This document shows, piece after piece, positions 1 through 12,800 of a stretch of DNA of 64,000 bases; position 1 is the first letter of the stretch; every line of letters begins with the position of its first letter. Location: NCBI GenBank assembly GCA_040954595.2, contig CM082577.2:20310303-20374302 (forward strand), read 5' to 3'. The stretch is from Balanoglossus misakiensis (taxonomy: Eukaryota; Animalia; Hemichordata). Under the pieces are notes generated by a model. It made no database searches, was not told where the DNA came from, and was given only the letters and a program-made list of their open reading frames with translations. The position numbers and the translations under genes are program-made.

Positions 1-331
1 GGTGTGAATCTGCTGGCCCTGGCACTTGGCATTGTTCAGTGTTAGCATGTGCTACAAAGGTGTTAAACCTTGGCGCACCCTATTGTTTTGGCACACAGTG
101 TTAGCCTGTGTGTTCCAAGTGTTACAAAAGTGTGAATCTGCTGGCCCTGGCACTTGGCATTGTTCAGTGTTAGCATGTGCTACAAAGGTGTTAAACCTTG
201 GCGCACCCTATTGTTTTTGGCACACAGTGTTAGCCTGTGTGTTCAAAGTGTTACAAAGGTGTGAATCTGTTGGCCCTGGCACTTGGCATTGTTCAGTGTT
301 AGCACCTTGGCGCACCCTATTGTTTTGGCAC
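1..331. repeat. ~129-bp tandem repeat, ~2.5 copies (array runs off left edge)
   Basis: Unit GTGTGAATCTGCTGGCCCTGGCACTTGGCATTGTTCAGTGTTAGC... recurs at ~2, ~130, ~259; third copy internally deleted. Confidence 0.85.
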
Positions 332-470
332 ACCCCAGTTAAACACAAGCCCAATAGGTGCTAATTAGAGCGCCAATAGGGTGCTAACCCAGAGTTGACC
401 CAGTGTTTAAACAGAGTTGACCCAGTGTTGGTGCAGTTGGAAAGCTATTCCTAAGCTGCACTGTACATGT

Positions 471-1007
471 CATACATACATACATACATACATACATACA
501 TACATACATACATACATACATACATACATACATACATACATACATACATACATACATACATACATACATACATACATACATACATACATACATACATACA
601 TACATACATACATTCATACATACATACATACATACATACATACATACATACATACATACATACATACATACATACATACATACATACATACATACATACA
701 TACATACATACATACATTCATACATACATACATACATACATACATACATACATACATACATACATACATACATACATACATACATACATACATACATACA
801 TACATACATACATACATACATACATACATTCATACATACATACATACATACATACATACATACATACATACATACATACATACATACATACATACATACA
901 TACATACATACATACATACATACATACATACATACATACATACATACATACATACATACATTCATACATACATACATACATACATACATACATACATACA
1001 TACATAC
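471..1007. repeat. (TACA)n microsatellite, ~540 bp
   Basis: Pure CATA/TACA repeat with single A>T variants at ~614, ~718, ~830, ~962; explains all YIHT/MYVC ORFs. Confidence 0.99.
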
Positions 1008-3519
1008 AGATAGATGCAACTGATCCAATATGGTCCCAATATAAATGAAATGGGACCTAAATAGGAGAAAAAAAAGTCAATCAGGGGCATGCACATTGAC
1101 CAGACAACAGCTGTCCTTTTTGGCCTTTATCTTGTTCTAGCTACATGTTATATACTTTATGCATACATAATTCAAGGTTTACATTGCACCTGTCAACTGA
1201 CAGATGAACTTTGACCTGACTGTACAAACACAATGAACTTACATTTGTATGAAGTGTCTATTGGTGGAGGTAGCTCAGCAGTCGGAACAGTCCTTACAGC
1301 AAAAATGTCTCATTCACCACAAATATTGCATGTGCCTATGATTTGTTCATAAGGATTTGGTGTATAGAGTAACCTAAGCAGAAATGTCTGCACAAAATAA
1401 TTGAAAGACCTACCTAACTGTCTTGATGCTTTAGTTTCACTGGCAATTTCCCCCAATTTTACAATAGATTCAAAATACGATTTGGCAGCATGAGATACAA
1501 CTACAATGAGAAGAAAGCAGAAAAAATGAGTATAAAATGACAGTGTCATTGAAGTACAATCAACGCATATTGCAACAAGTTACAGACGAAATTAACATTT
1601 CTTCAGTGCTGGGCTAGCCCAAGGCTAGTACTAGAACAATTAATCTGCTGGATTGCTAGCAACATGCATGCAAGGCTAACACCAGGACAAGTACATCCAC
1701 AGAAATAGTCAATTAACCAGCATAATGTTGGCACGAGAATAATTCAACATCTTACCATAACATACATGATGCATATTGCTTTTGTAATACTAGATTAATA
1801 TAAGCAAAGTTCTTGCACATGTCTGACGCTGGGCTCACATGCTGAAATGTTTACTTTCACTATACCATTGGCACATTATGCAAACACTCCTAACACCCTG
1901 CAAGCCATTAGAACCCTTCCACAGTCCGGCTAATGTGTCAGGGTGGAATAGTAGGATTGACCAATTACATGTCGTAAATCTAATAAGGGTCAAAGTTTTA
2001 GCGTTCGTTCGTTGATTGATTTCCTCAACTGTGTTGTTTTGTTCGAGATTTGGATTCCTCAAACGAAATCGCGCTAACCGCAAGTGTTCATTTTTGTGAT
2101 ACTTTGGTGAGGGAAGCTTATCCAGCGTGCCATCGTTTAATGACGGCCACAGTTTAATTTTAATACATTATGACAGACAATAGACAAAATATAAGTAGAA
2201 ATTCGGGATCATTTCAACCATGGCCATTAGCACTGCGTACAGGTCTGTGTGCTCGTGGCATTACTTGGCCTCCACCTCCATTAGGAGAAATTAATCGTAT
2301 CGTATTTGGAGTCGGATAGGAGGTAGAAGGAGACATGGAAAGGATTTTGCTTCGATAAAATCGGCCAAAAAGCTGCGGTCCGGATCTGGGCTGCAGACAC
2401 ACCAGTTTTGTCTATGGACCGTTGCAGGGCTGCGGTGGAGGCCATGTAATGCCGCAAACAGACAGACCTGTATGCAGGACTATGCATGGAGAAGCTAAAT
2501 TTTCACAAGGCACGATACTTAGAAAATTTAGCCAAGGGAATCTAGCATTGAAGTCCATATAGTTTAGGTTCTGCGCATCTTTTCTGCGTATAACAAACTA
2601 TCGTTCAAAGGCTTCCTCCACGATCAGTCAACTCCCGCATCTATGGCTTCAAAGCGACACATAGGCTTAATACCTGTTCAACTGGACGATATTTTACTGC
2701 AAACGGGCAGTAAATACACCAAAATCGCAACCAACAGCGCGGTTTCCAGAAGATTTCCAAGTAGGTACAGCGAGATATTTTAGTTCACTGCAACCTGCAA
2801 TGTACGACATGGACGCAACCCTCTATGCTGTATGTATGGTCAAATGTTCGGTATAATCATAGGGAGCTTAGGAAATGTTGTCGTTGTTATTCTTGTTGAT
2901 GTTAAGATTGGTAATAAAAAAATGACAAAAAAACAATATGTCATTTCTTGCTTTTGTTTGTCGATGTTGTAGATAACTGTAAAAAACCATAATCGTGGAA
3001 AACATGACCTAGGTCACCCAACGTCACTCCCGTCTTATAAGTTATATACAGGCAGGGGTGGAATCGACATGACCTGATCTAGGCTCATGGGCCACCTTCA
3101 AGGCCCAGAAATATCACCCCCTTCACGAGCGATAGATTAAATTATGCCATCATAGGCATTGAAATTTATCTCACTGACCTAATTTGGGCTTCACTTGATC
3201 TATCGACCTGCAAACGAGTGGAAAAACGTCAATTTCTGTTATGTTGTGGGTTTACAGAACAACCATCGGACGGACACTGCTTAGTGGAACATTAACATCA
3301 ACTTTAATCGGGGTTCGGGGTATGTGGTCACCTAACTGATGTATCTAGTTTGTGAAGAGTGTTGTGATTGGTCGCAGATTATGGCGGCCATATTGGATTT
3401 TTTGAAAAATAATTAAAAAGTAAAAATTTTCTTTCTGGCCTAAAAATTGATAGCTCAGAAATTCTTTTTATGGATATGAATCATGACAAGAATAAGCTAT
3501 AAATATTTTGGTAATTTTG

Positions 3520-4907
3520 GCAATGACCTTTGACCTACTTTTGACACATCATTTTCTGCAAATCTAATTCCAGGCTAACCAATAGGGCTATAAGTTTGGT
3601 TTTTGATGTATGTGGATTTGTATGTGATCAAAATATTTTGCTACTTTTCATGACCCCTTTGACCTCTGCTGACCTCATTAAATATGCACCCTCCAAACGC
3701 GAAGTCTGTACCTGCTCTGGATGCCAAGATATGGAAAAGTAGGTCAAAGGTCACCTGAGGTCATGCAAAATTTGGGCAAGAAATTTTGACCCTATACTGG
3801 TCCATGTTCAACAAAAAGCAAACCTATAGCCCTATTGGTTAGCCTGGAATTAGGTATGCACATAATTAATGAGATATGCAGGTGTCACAGGTGACCCCCA
3901 ATTTTGGCTTTTCAATTTTAGTCCCAACCCTCCAAACGCCAAGTCTGTACCTGCTCTGGATGCCAAGATATGGAAAAGTAGGTCAAAGGTCACCTGAGGT
4001 CATGCAAAATTTGGGTAAGAAATTTTGACCCTATACTGGTCCATGCTCAACAAAAACCAAAAGTATAGCCCTATTGGTTAGCCTGGAATTAGGTATGCAC
4101 ATAATTAATGAGATATGCAGGTGTCACAGGTGACCCATATTTTGGCTTTTCAATTTTAGTCCCAACCCTCCAAACGCCAAGTCTGTACCTGCTCTGGATG
4201 CCGAGATATAGGAAAGTAGGTCAAAGGTCACCTGAGGTCACCCAAAATTTGGGCAAGAAATTTTGACCCTATACTGGTCCATGTCCCACAAGAACGAAAC
4301 CTCTAGCCCTATTAGTTAGCCCGGAATTAGGTATGCACATAATTAATGTGTTAAGCAGGTGTTACAGGTGAGCCCAAAAATTTGCCTTTTATTTTGGCCC
4401 CATTGTGCTCACTGACCAATAGACAGTCACTGTACAGGACTATTGCACAGACCAGAATTCCACAATAAGACGTGGACATAGCTTAACCATAGAGGTATAA
4501 GTAAAGGTATAAATTTAATAAAAAGACTAAAAAATTCATAAAAAATAAAACATCCATGATATTAACTTAACACTTACAGGTCGATGTGAGGTTGACATAA
4601 GGTACATGCATACCAATTTTCAAAGCAATCTGACCAGTAGTTGTTGACTTTCAGAGTTTTGATAAATTTCACAATTTACTGGCTAATTTGCATATTTTTG
4701 GGCCTGGCAACTTCGTTTGGACAAACTCCCATCTACAGCCCAGCCTGCACCTACACACCAAATATTGAGGTGTTACGCGCAGCGGTTTTCAAGTTTTTGA
4801 TGTGGACGGACATACAGACATACATACATCCATACATACATCCATACAGACGCAACCCATCCCATAAGGTCCCATGGTATATAGGCCTATACCAATGGGA
4901 CCTAAAA
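3520..4907 (+). mobile_element. Non-autonomous Helentron/HINE-like element (5' boundary uncertain)
   Basis: Internal 239-bp tandem repeats, short CATA/CATC microsatellite, 3' hairpin AGGTCCCATGGTATATAGGCCTATACCAATGGGACCT. Segment 4560-4875 is homologous (inverted) to 37731-38050. Confidence 0.6.
3689..4400. repeat. Three tandem ~239-bp units
   Basis: CCCTCCAAACGC(G/C)AAGTCTGTACCTGCTCTGGATGCC at 3689, ~3928, ~4166; an inverted partial copy lies at ~3525-3610. Confidence 0.9.
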
Positions 4908-6867
4908 ACTTAGTCATCAGTATGTTTGGGAACCTCAAAAATTATGAACATCTCTCGCTTTCGCCAGTGTTCTCAAATTTTGCTGATGCGATCTTGCGAC
5001 ATGAACTAAAGCACCGATGAACTGACCTGACATGACCCTACTTTGCTTAACAAAGGTTCCATAATTTTGCCTAAGGAATGAACGTCTCGTGGTTGCATTG
5101 GTTCTGGCCCATCACTGTACAGAAAAACAATACTCCACAATTGCAACTTTGATTTTTGTCAAATGTAAGGAAACATATGCAATAATACCAGAACTCAATG
5201 ACCTCTGGCGCAATCTCTGCTGTACGCAAGTTATTTTCACTTGTGATGCAGAGTATTCTGTGGCACTTTAGTACTAGCCAGTTATACACCACATCACTTG
5301 TGAAAATAACTTCCATAAAGTTCTGTCATAATAAATTAAGCAGCCTATTTTTTATTAAACCCAGGTCTACCTAAGAAATTGTCAATCATACCTCAGTAGC
5401 CAAGCCACAGTTCACAGCAGTTATCTGATTAATAGTGCAGACACCAAGCACTGCAGTTCAGCACTAAAAACAAGACCTTGAAACATAAGTTTGGCCACAT
5501 AACAAAATGTTGGACAACAATAGAAAGATTGGCAACAGTATTCTCATAAAGTATGACCAAATGGGATTAGATCATGTGCCACATTCAGTGAGGTGGATTC
5601 TAACATTTTAAGCTCTACTAGATTAGTGTTTGAAATTTGTTCGGGAAATTCGTATCCCCCTTTGAATTTGAAACCACATTTGTCGTTGACATTACCTAAA
5701 TTTTGATTAGTAAAAAAACAGTCACAAATTTCATAGTAATTCTCAGACACTAAACAAAGAATCTTGACATGGTTAAACTTTATCATTAACTTAACTGATT
5801 ACTGTTTCTTGTTTTATTAAATTTGACCAAAATTTGTGGATTAAAATACGTTCTCTATCTTTGACATGTTCACTGTTGTCTAACATTTTATGTTATGCCA
5901 TAACTTTCCAAACTATTGTATTGAGACTAAACTACCTAGTTTTGGGGCTGAACTTTTATTCCAGTGGTTACTGTAATCTGCTGTGAGTTCAAGGACACCA
6001 TTACCAACCATTTCCAAATCTGATGTACAATTTCTCGCCCTCCTGGCATGCTGGGAGTGTGAGAACAAATCGAACCCACACTCTCACTGATTAGAAAGCT
6101 GTATATGACGCGAGCGCTGATTGGTTGACAAAGTGTTCTTTTGCCAACGGAGACTAAATGTTATCCAATGGCGCGATGTGTATTATAGGGACAGAGACTA
6201 CAACGTGCCCAGACGACAGTTCCAGAGTCATTTATTCAATGTTTTTTAACAAATTTGGCTAATTTGTGGCCGTGTGAGAAATAGAATCTCACACACCAAG
6301 GACCTGGGATCATATTTCTCACGCAATCCCCAACTCGTGTGAGAAATATGATCACCAGCCACAGTGAGCATATAACTTACATAAACATGTAGTAATCACA
6401 GATCATCAAGTAACAATTCGGTCGTGTCAAAAAAAAGGTAACCGAAAATACACATACCGCATTTCCAACTTCCGTGTTCTGTTTCATGGCAAAATGCAGA
6501 AGTTTATTCATCACATAGTTAAACTGATCATTCCCCTTCATACCTTGTACATTGTACTTAATCTCATCAAAATATTTCTTTCATAAAGTATACACAGACC
6601 ACATTGCTGTTAAAAACTGAGCTTATAACTGCTTCTTTTAGATCATAGGTTAAACTCTCAAAAGAAAAGACGTTCTCGCATGATATACATTCTTCCAACT
6701 CCAGAGCTGGGTGTCAATAGGCACTTTGAAATTATTTAAACAATAACCCCCCACGGCCCCACCCCCACCCTGCAGGGGATTTGGGTACAATTAAGCAATA
6801 ACCCCCGCCGCTGGTGGGTATACGCGAGATTTGTGTACAATTCGAGACATATAGCACAAGCCGTTAA

Positions 6868-7052
6868 AGGTATACGGTCACCTATTGAAAATTAGCTGTA
6901 GTTACCATGGCAAATTGAGATATAGCCAATCACTGATTTTCAGTGGGTGGCACACGCGAAAAAAAGAGCGCCACCAAGTGTTCTTTAGAACGCTCAAATA
7001 CGCCATTTCAGCCATATATGGGTGTATGTAAATTGGAGGTGACTGTATACCT
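6868..7052. mobile_element. Kolobok-like MITE
   Basis: TTAA|AGGTATACGGTCACCT ... AGGTGACTGTATACCT|TTAA (TIRs with TTAA duplication). Confidence 0.75.
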
Positions 7053-8269
7053 TTAAGCACCGACAGTCAACACCACTGGTCATGCACTGTGTCTACTACC
7101 CTGAGCTTGCGTGGGCCGGCCATATATCAGCTGTAATCACTTCCTGTTGATGGATGCTGGCAAGGAAGTACAATTTGTACTTCCCCCTCCGCCTTGTTTT
7201 TGTATAGGAATTACGTCTGGTGTTGTACAATTACGCTAAAGCTGAACACTATATGACATAATTGCGTGGATCACTTACCAATTAATGCTTTCTCATATGC
7301 TCTGCCCATTGCTATCATATGTCTGATTCCAGGGTGAAGGTTCTCCAGTATTCCCTGTACATAGAAACGTAAACATTAGAAAAAGATTACAAATAACATC
7401 ACCAAAGGCCTTCGAAGCGTCAGGTTTGATAATGAACGGCAAGCAAACATAGTGTATATACTGAACTGTCAATAAGTCAATGACAATGCCAATGGTAAAT
7501 TTCATCACGATTTTATTGGCGTTTTTGTCGCGAGTACAACCGTGTTAATTTTCCGTCTGGAAAAAATAATTTAATACTAGTATAACACTGAGACCGCTCT
7601 ACATTTGACAATTGACGGTCAAAGGTGCAATTTAACATCGGGCATGCACAGGTTCAACCAAAGTAGCCTCATCCATCCAACGATCGAATGGCGACAAGCT
7701 ATAAACAACTATAATTATTGAATATTGCATAAATTCTTCCATGTTCCCCGCCCGATACTCACCCTGTAAGCTCCCTCGGCCATCCTCCCAATATCCTCGC
7801 TACTTGTTGTCGACATGGCTATCTGCGGTTCGTGTAAACGTGGCACATGAACAAGTGTTTTCTCTGTGTCGCGGTCGCCAGTCGTAGACAAATTCAGTTA
7901 AATATACCGATTGAATTATCTGAGACTCTGACTTGGGCGGCGGTATGGATTTCATCACGATGAGTACAAAGGTCACTGTGTAGATATGGGGATTGTTCCA
8001 TTGCACCAATAGGGGTGGATACACTTAAGTACGTGGGGTGATACATTTACATATCAATATTGAGCCTGAGATGGCGCTCTGCATCAAGTTGCTCGGTGCC
8101 GAGAGAAAACGGCAAATACCAGCGAACTGAAATGATTCCTTAGTACACGAGCTGATATTATTGCAATAGCCGACGACATTTTAGGCCTGTTAAATTTACG
8201 CATACCAGAAAATGGTATACACAAACAATAAAATTGCCAGAAGTCAAAAAAAAGAAAAAAAAAAAAGAG

Positions 8270-8495
8270 AAGAAGACAGAAATCGAGAAAGAAATCGGGT
8301 CAACCCACCTTGGCTTACAGCAAAAACGTCAAGACCAACAATGGAAAAAACTTTCCTCGGGGTCATCAACAAACACTTCCCAAAAGATTCGAAACTCCAC
8401 CCAATAATCAACAAGAACAATGTCAAGATTAGCTTCAAGGAAAACATAGCATCAATTATCAAAAAACACAACAGAAAAATCACCACAGACCAGAA
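8270..8495 (+). pseudogene. Penelope-like retroelement ORF fragment (RT to GIY-YIG linker region)
   Basis: NPPW..KT...KTFLGVINKHFPKDSKLHPIINKNNVKISF...NIASIIKKHNRKI resembles the conserved PLE linker WFNPP..TNIGK.FL.LIDKHFP....LHKIFN.N.VK.SY. Confidence 0.75.
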
Positions 8496-8509
8496 TGACT
8501 GGCTATTTA

Positions 8510-8920
8510 CATTGAACACCTATTGCCCGGCCACGAGGGCCATAGCAGCCGTTTATTACCCCGAGGGGCTGTGAGTTACCAGGCCGAGGGAAATAGCATA
8601 TGATTTTGGTAACTCACAGTCCCGAGGGGTAAAACGCGCAACTATGGCCCGAATATAGGCCAGGCTATAGGTGTTTTATAATAAACCTCATGCTGACAGT
8701 TTATGTTTGCAATATTGAACAAGTTTAATTAACCACCTTCAGTACGAAATAGAAATAAATTCAACATGAACGGATGCTACAACCCAAATGAAACAGCTTA
8801 CGGGTCTGAAAACTCACGTTGGTCACGTGACCAGTTTATATTTTTTTTGTTATTTCCCTAGGGATTCGTAGTCGATTCTTATTTTCCTATCACGCGAATC
8901 ACGACACAGTATTAGCATCA
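8510..8920 (-). mobile_element. Non-autonomous palindrome-bearing DNA element (Crypton-like?), copy 1
   Basis: Reverse complement of 30225-30671 (ends ATGCTAATACTGTG..., hairpin block GAGTTACCAG..CTGGTAACTC). Confidence 0.65.
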
Positions 8921-8950
8921 GGTATGTTACAACAGTAGAAACCATGCTTA

Positions 8951-9070
8951 GCCTACGGCTATACCACGTAGTATAAGCCGGTTCTCGTCCGATCATCGAA
9001 GCAAGGCTGAGTTGGGAGTTGGTAGCTCTTGGATGGGAGACCGCCTGGGAATACTATGTGCTGTATGCTT
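8951..9070 (+). pseudogene. Diverged orphan 5S rRNA gene copy
   Basis: GCCTACGGCTATACCACGTAG...GGATGGGAGACCGCCTGGGAATACTATGTGCTGTATGCTT followed by CATTTTT. Clearly homologous to the array unit but with many substitutions. Confidence 0.9.
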
Positions 9071-9077
9071 CATTTTT

Positions 9078-9870
9078 GAACTTTTGAGGGGTCGTGCACG
9101 ACAAATTTCCCACGATGAAATTATCAATGAACCCATTTTTTATAACCCTTTCATTACAAGTGTTGAAGGGCGCCCTCTGCCGATCATAAAACTTTTCAGT
9201 TCAGCTGGCATTGTCAAAATGAGGGATTTGTTATACGAGGTCATTCCTGGGTTTCTACCTGTTGATGCAATTGGTGACATGGTTTCATTGGCCCATCCTG
9301 ACACTCCCACAAGCAATACTGTTGAGAAGCAGTACCATATTATCCTCAATTCAATTCCTCAAAAGTGGCATGATATTCTGCAGGGTAATCACAAAGATTA
9401 TAACAAAGTGGACAAAAACCCGTCTCTCTTTATTGTTAATGCTCATGATCAACGTATTCCTTTCCATTCTCTTAAGGTTAGACACATTACTACAATAGCT
9501 CGGCATCTGAGAAAAACAGTGCCCACGGGTGTTCAGTATTGGCTCTTTCACCTGCCAAACCTTGATTTTAGTAAGGTTTGGCCAATCGTTTACACAAATT
9601 TCAAGGATAATTACCTGGGTGATCTTGATTATCTCATTTGTCACAACGCTGTTTTTAGTAATCTTCGTCTTTACAAAGCAGGTAAAATACTCAGTCCGAC
9701 TTGTGACTTCTGCACATTTTTTCACGAAGACGTGTATCATTTGTTTGTGTGCTGCCAGACAATTCAATCCTTGTGGCAACTTGTTTTTGAGTATATCTAC
9801 AGTGCCTGTAGTGTAAATAAGTTTAACACAAAAGACAGAATTCTAATGATGCTATTTGGCTATCCCTGTG
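9078..9870 (+). mobile_element. Tx1/L1 non-LTR retrotransposon ORF2 C-terminal fragment
   Basis: Open frame with EPIFYNPFI, GIVKMRDL and zinc finger CDFC...EDVYHLFVCC. Its end (NKFNTKDRILMMLFGYP) overlaps the start of the Tx1 copy in the 5S array. Confidence 0.9.
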
Positions 9871-12800
9871 ACAATTTGATCAATTTGGGTATTGCTCAGT
9901 AAATATTGCGAGTATTATCACCTTGTTAAATATTATTCTGTCCTTGTGTGGGTAATATTTTCCGACAACGGTATCTGCAACTTCCATCTCAATAATTTCC
10001 GACACGCCATCATGAAAGTTAACATCAACACCAGTACTCTATCTCTACCTGGAATGGGACGGAAAATAGCCAAGGCCATTCTGCGATTACGTGAACGACA
10101 TGGCTATGTGACTTGTGAGATGGTATGCAGTATTCCTAGGTTCAAAACATCCGTAGAATTCATGGAGATGGCCGACTTCGAACCATCAGGTGCTTCAGCC
10201 AAACCATCCGTGAACACAAGCACCCATCCCGCCCCGGTCTGACAAGATGAGGAAGACAGCGTTAAAGATATGGATGAAATAGCATGAAAGAATGGATGGA
10301 AATGATTGACAAGGTCACGAAAGAACGGGAAAGCAGACATTTACAACGATCTTCACGCCATCAGCAACCCAAAGCAACTATTCGATCAAAGCGATTTGAG
10401 GAAAGGGTAAGTCAACATCATACCGACTCTCGGGGGTATGATAGGTCATTCAATCCTGCGTACAGGCAAGAAGTGTTCGCGATGAACAGCGATATGCGAC
10501 CTGGCCTGAAGAGGAGCTGAATTATCGTCCATCACGGGACCAGGTGAATGTGTCCAGACCACGAGCGGGTGCATCACCGGATTATTATGATGGCCATTAT
10601 CCGACAGAATTCGCTCCTCCCAGAACTCAACCCTACTACCAGCATGATAATCGGATGGACAGATCAAGTCATCGTCACATCCCGATGTCAGTTCCCAGGA
10701 CGCTAATCTACGATGGCTCCGGAAATTGGCAGGCATATCAGGTAAAATTCACAAAATTTTCCGAGATGCAGGAGATGTCATTTAATGAATGCAAAAGTTA
10801 TCTGTGCTGGTGTTTAGAGGGAAAAGCAAGTGAAGTTTATATCAGGATCCTCCAGAAAAACGAAGACGTAACCTATCACGAGCTGCTCAACAAAATGGAG
10901 AAAAGATTCGGCGGAAGGAGATTCCAGAATCCAGTCAGCTTCAGTTCGCCCAAATCCGACAGAATACCGATGAGAAATTAGAAGAATGGGCGGACAGGGT
11001 TTATTCACTTGCGATGCAGGCATTTCAAGAAAGCAGCGATGCCACCATTTAGACTACTAGGGCCATTAATACCCAAGACATCTCGGGGTAATGAGTATAT
11101 CCTGGTAATGGTAGGTCAATTCACCAAATGGGTAGAATGTATACCGCTGCATGCCAACGCAAAATGCTGAGGAAACAGCACGCGCCGCAGTAGCCGAATA
11201 TTTTACCAGGTTTAGTCTGGTTTGGGTATACATTTGAAATTCACACTGAAGAAATTTCGAAAGTCAGTTATTTTTAGCGATTTGTGAGATTCTACATATC
11301 CATAAAACAAGAACCTTCTGCTAATGGCCCGGCAGGCGGAACAGCAGAACGCAATCAGATGCTACATCAAGTCACAGAAAGAATTGGAAAATTTTCTCCG
11401 GAGCTCTCTGCTCTTCAGTCAACCGCAGCACTGGTTTTACGCCTAGCTCTGAACACACAGACCTGTACGCAGGGTTTACGCCCAACCGGAAAAACCTCCC
11501 AGGAAAAACACTGACCAATCGCATGAGGGGTATGTGTACGAATTGGACGAGGCCATAATGAATTCTCATGAGACAGCGCGGGAAATACTGAAGACCACAC
11601 AAGAAAGAATGAAACGTGATTACGACCTCCGAGTGAACAAGCAGTCCTTCAAGGTCGGGGATCAAGTATATCTGTTGGATACCGGAACCACTAAAGGCAA
11701 ATGCCGGAAACTATGCCCACCTTGGAAAGGACCAGGGGTCATCATCACCAAAATCAAGCCCTATCTCTTCCGCATCAAATTGCGAAGAGAGGTTTGGATC
11801 GCCCATCACGATCGGTTAAAGCTTTGCCAGGATAAAGAGCTTCCTCACTGGATAGCAACATTTAAGAAGACCTTACTTAAGGACAGCGCAGGAACGGGTG
11901 AAGTATATTGTCTTTGCAGGAAACCTGATGATGGGAAATTTATGATCCAGTGTGATTAATATTGCTATGAATGGTTTCATGGAGCGTGTGTGAATGTTTA
12001 CACCAAACGACATTAAGAAAAAAGAAATATTTTCTTGTCCTAACTGTAAAACCAGCGAAATAAGCGCAGTTTCGGCGTAAACTCGTCTTGTCTCTTATTC
12101 TGTCTTGTACAGACAATGGACTGCCAGCGGTATCGTGGGGGACCTTCTCGACCCAAAGAAAAGCGCCTGACTTGGCAAGAAGTGGTGGAGGCAGACCGGA
12201 AACAGATTCTGCTTCCACAAGTTCTCACTTACGGCATCGGGCTGGCCAAGGTCACAATCCCTGATAAGAAGAGGATGTTGTTACGCCAATACCAACTGGC
12301 TACTCGGAGATGCCACTGGCGTTAGGTGGAGGACACACGCTGTGAAGCCGATGTGGTTTTCTCCGAGGAATGGTTATACAAGCATCTCCTCCATCGGGAT
12401 CCGCACAAGAACAAGGTCCTGCAACGGAAGTCCCGTCCCAGCAGTACCGTCACGTCTAGTCCCTGCCGTGATATTCGCCTGCAGACGCAGCCAGATCTTC
12501 CGACCGTCAAACACCTATTGAAAAAGTCGGGGGAGACGGTCGTCGTGGAAGTTACCATGCAAGACAGGGACCCAGTCACCTCCATCGCATCAACATTGAG
12601 GGCAACCTCACCCCGAAGAACATCCTCTACACGACCATCATCTTCTACAGTGGCGGCGCCCCGCGAATTCTACCGTGGCTGCGCAACGACCCTTGGCAGA
12701 ACCACCACGAGTGAAACGCTGTGAACCACGAGAGCAGTCCAACCAGCCACGGAAAAGCGCGCAGAAGATGAAGGCCACTAAACCAAAGAAGCGAGAGCGG

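Larger units (their letters stand above)
1..1061 (+). mobile_element. 3' part of a non-autonomous Helentron/HINE (DINE-1-like) element
   Basis: Tandem core repeats, then (TACA)n, then GATGCAACTGATCC and a terminal hairpin GGTCCC..GGGACC followed by AAA. Same terminal layout as 4810-4905 and (inverted) 37731-37790. Confidence 0.55.

Noticed and set aside
384-1048. Long ORFs (YIHT)n / (MYVC)n
   Set aside because: Stop-free translations of the (TACA)n microsatellite.
1100-3000. Short ORFs as possible exons
   Set aside because: No recognisable motifs or coherent splice chain by eye; cannot be supported without a homology search.
9012-9077. N-terminal extension of the 296-aa ORF as a real protein start
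   Set aside because: It is translated 5S rDNA that happens to be in frame with the Tx1 fragment.
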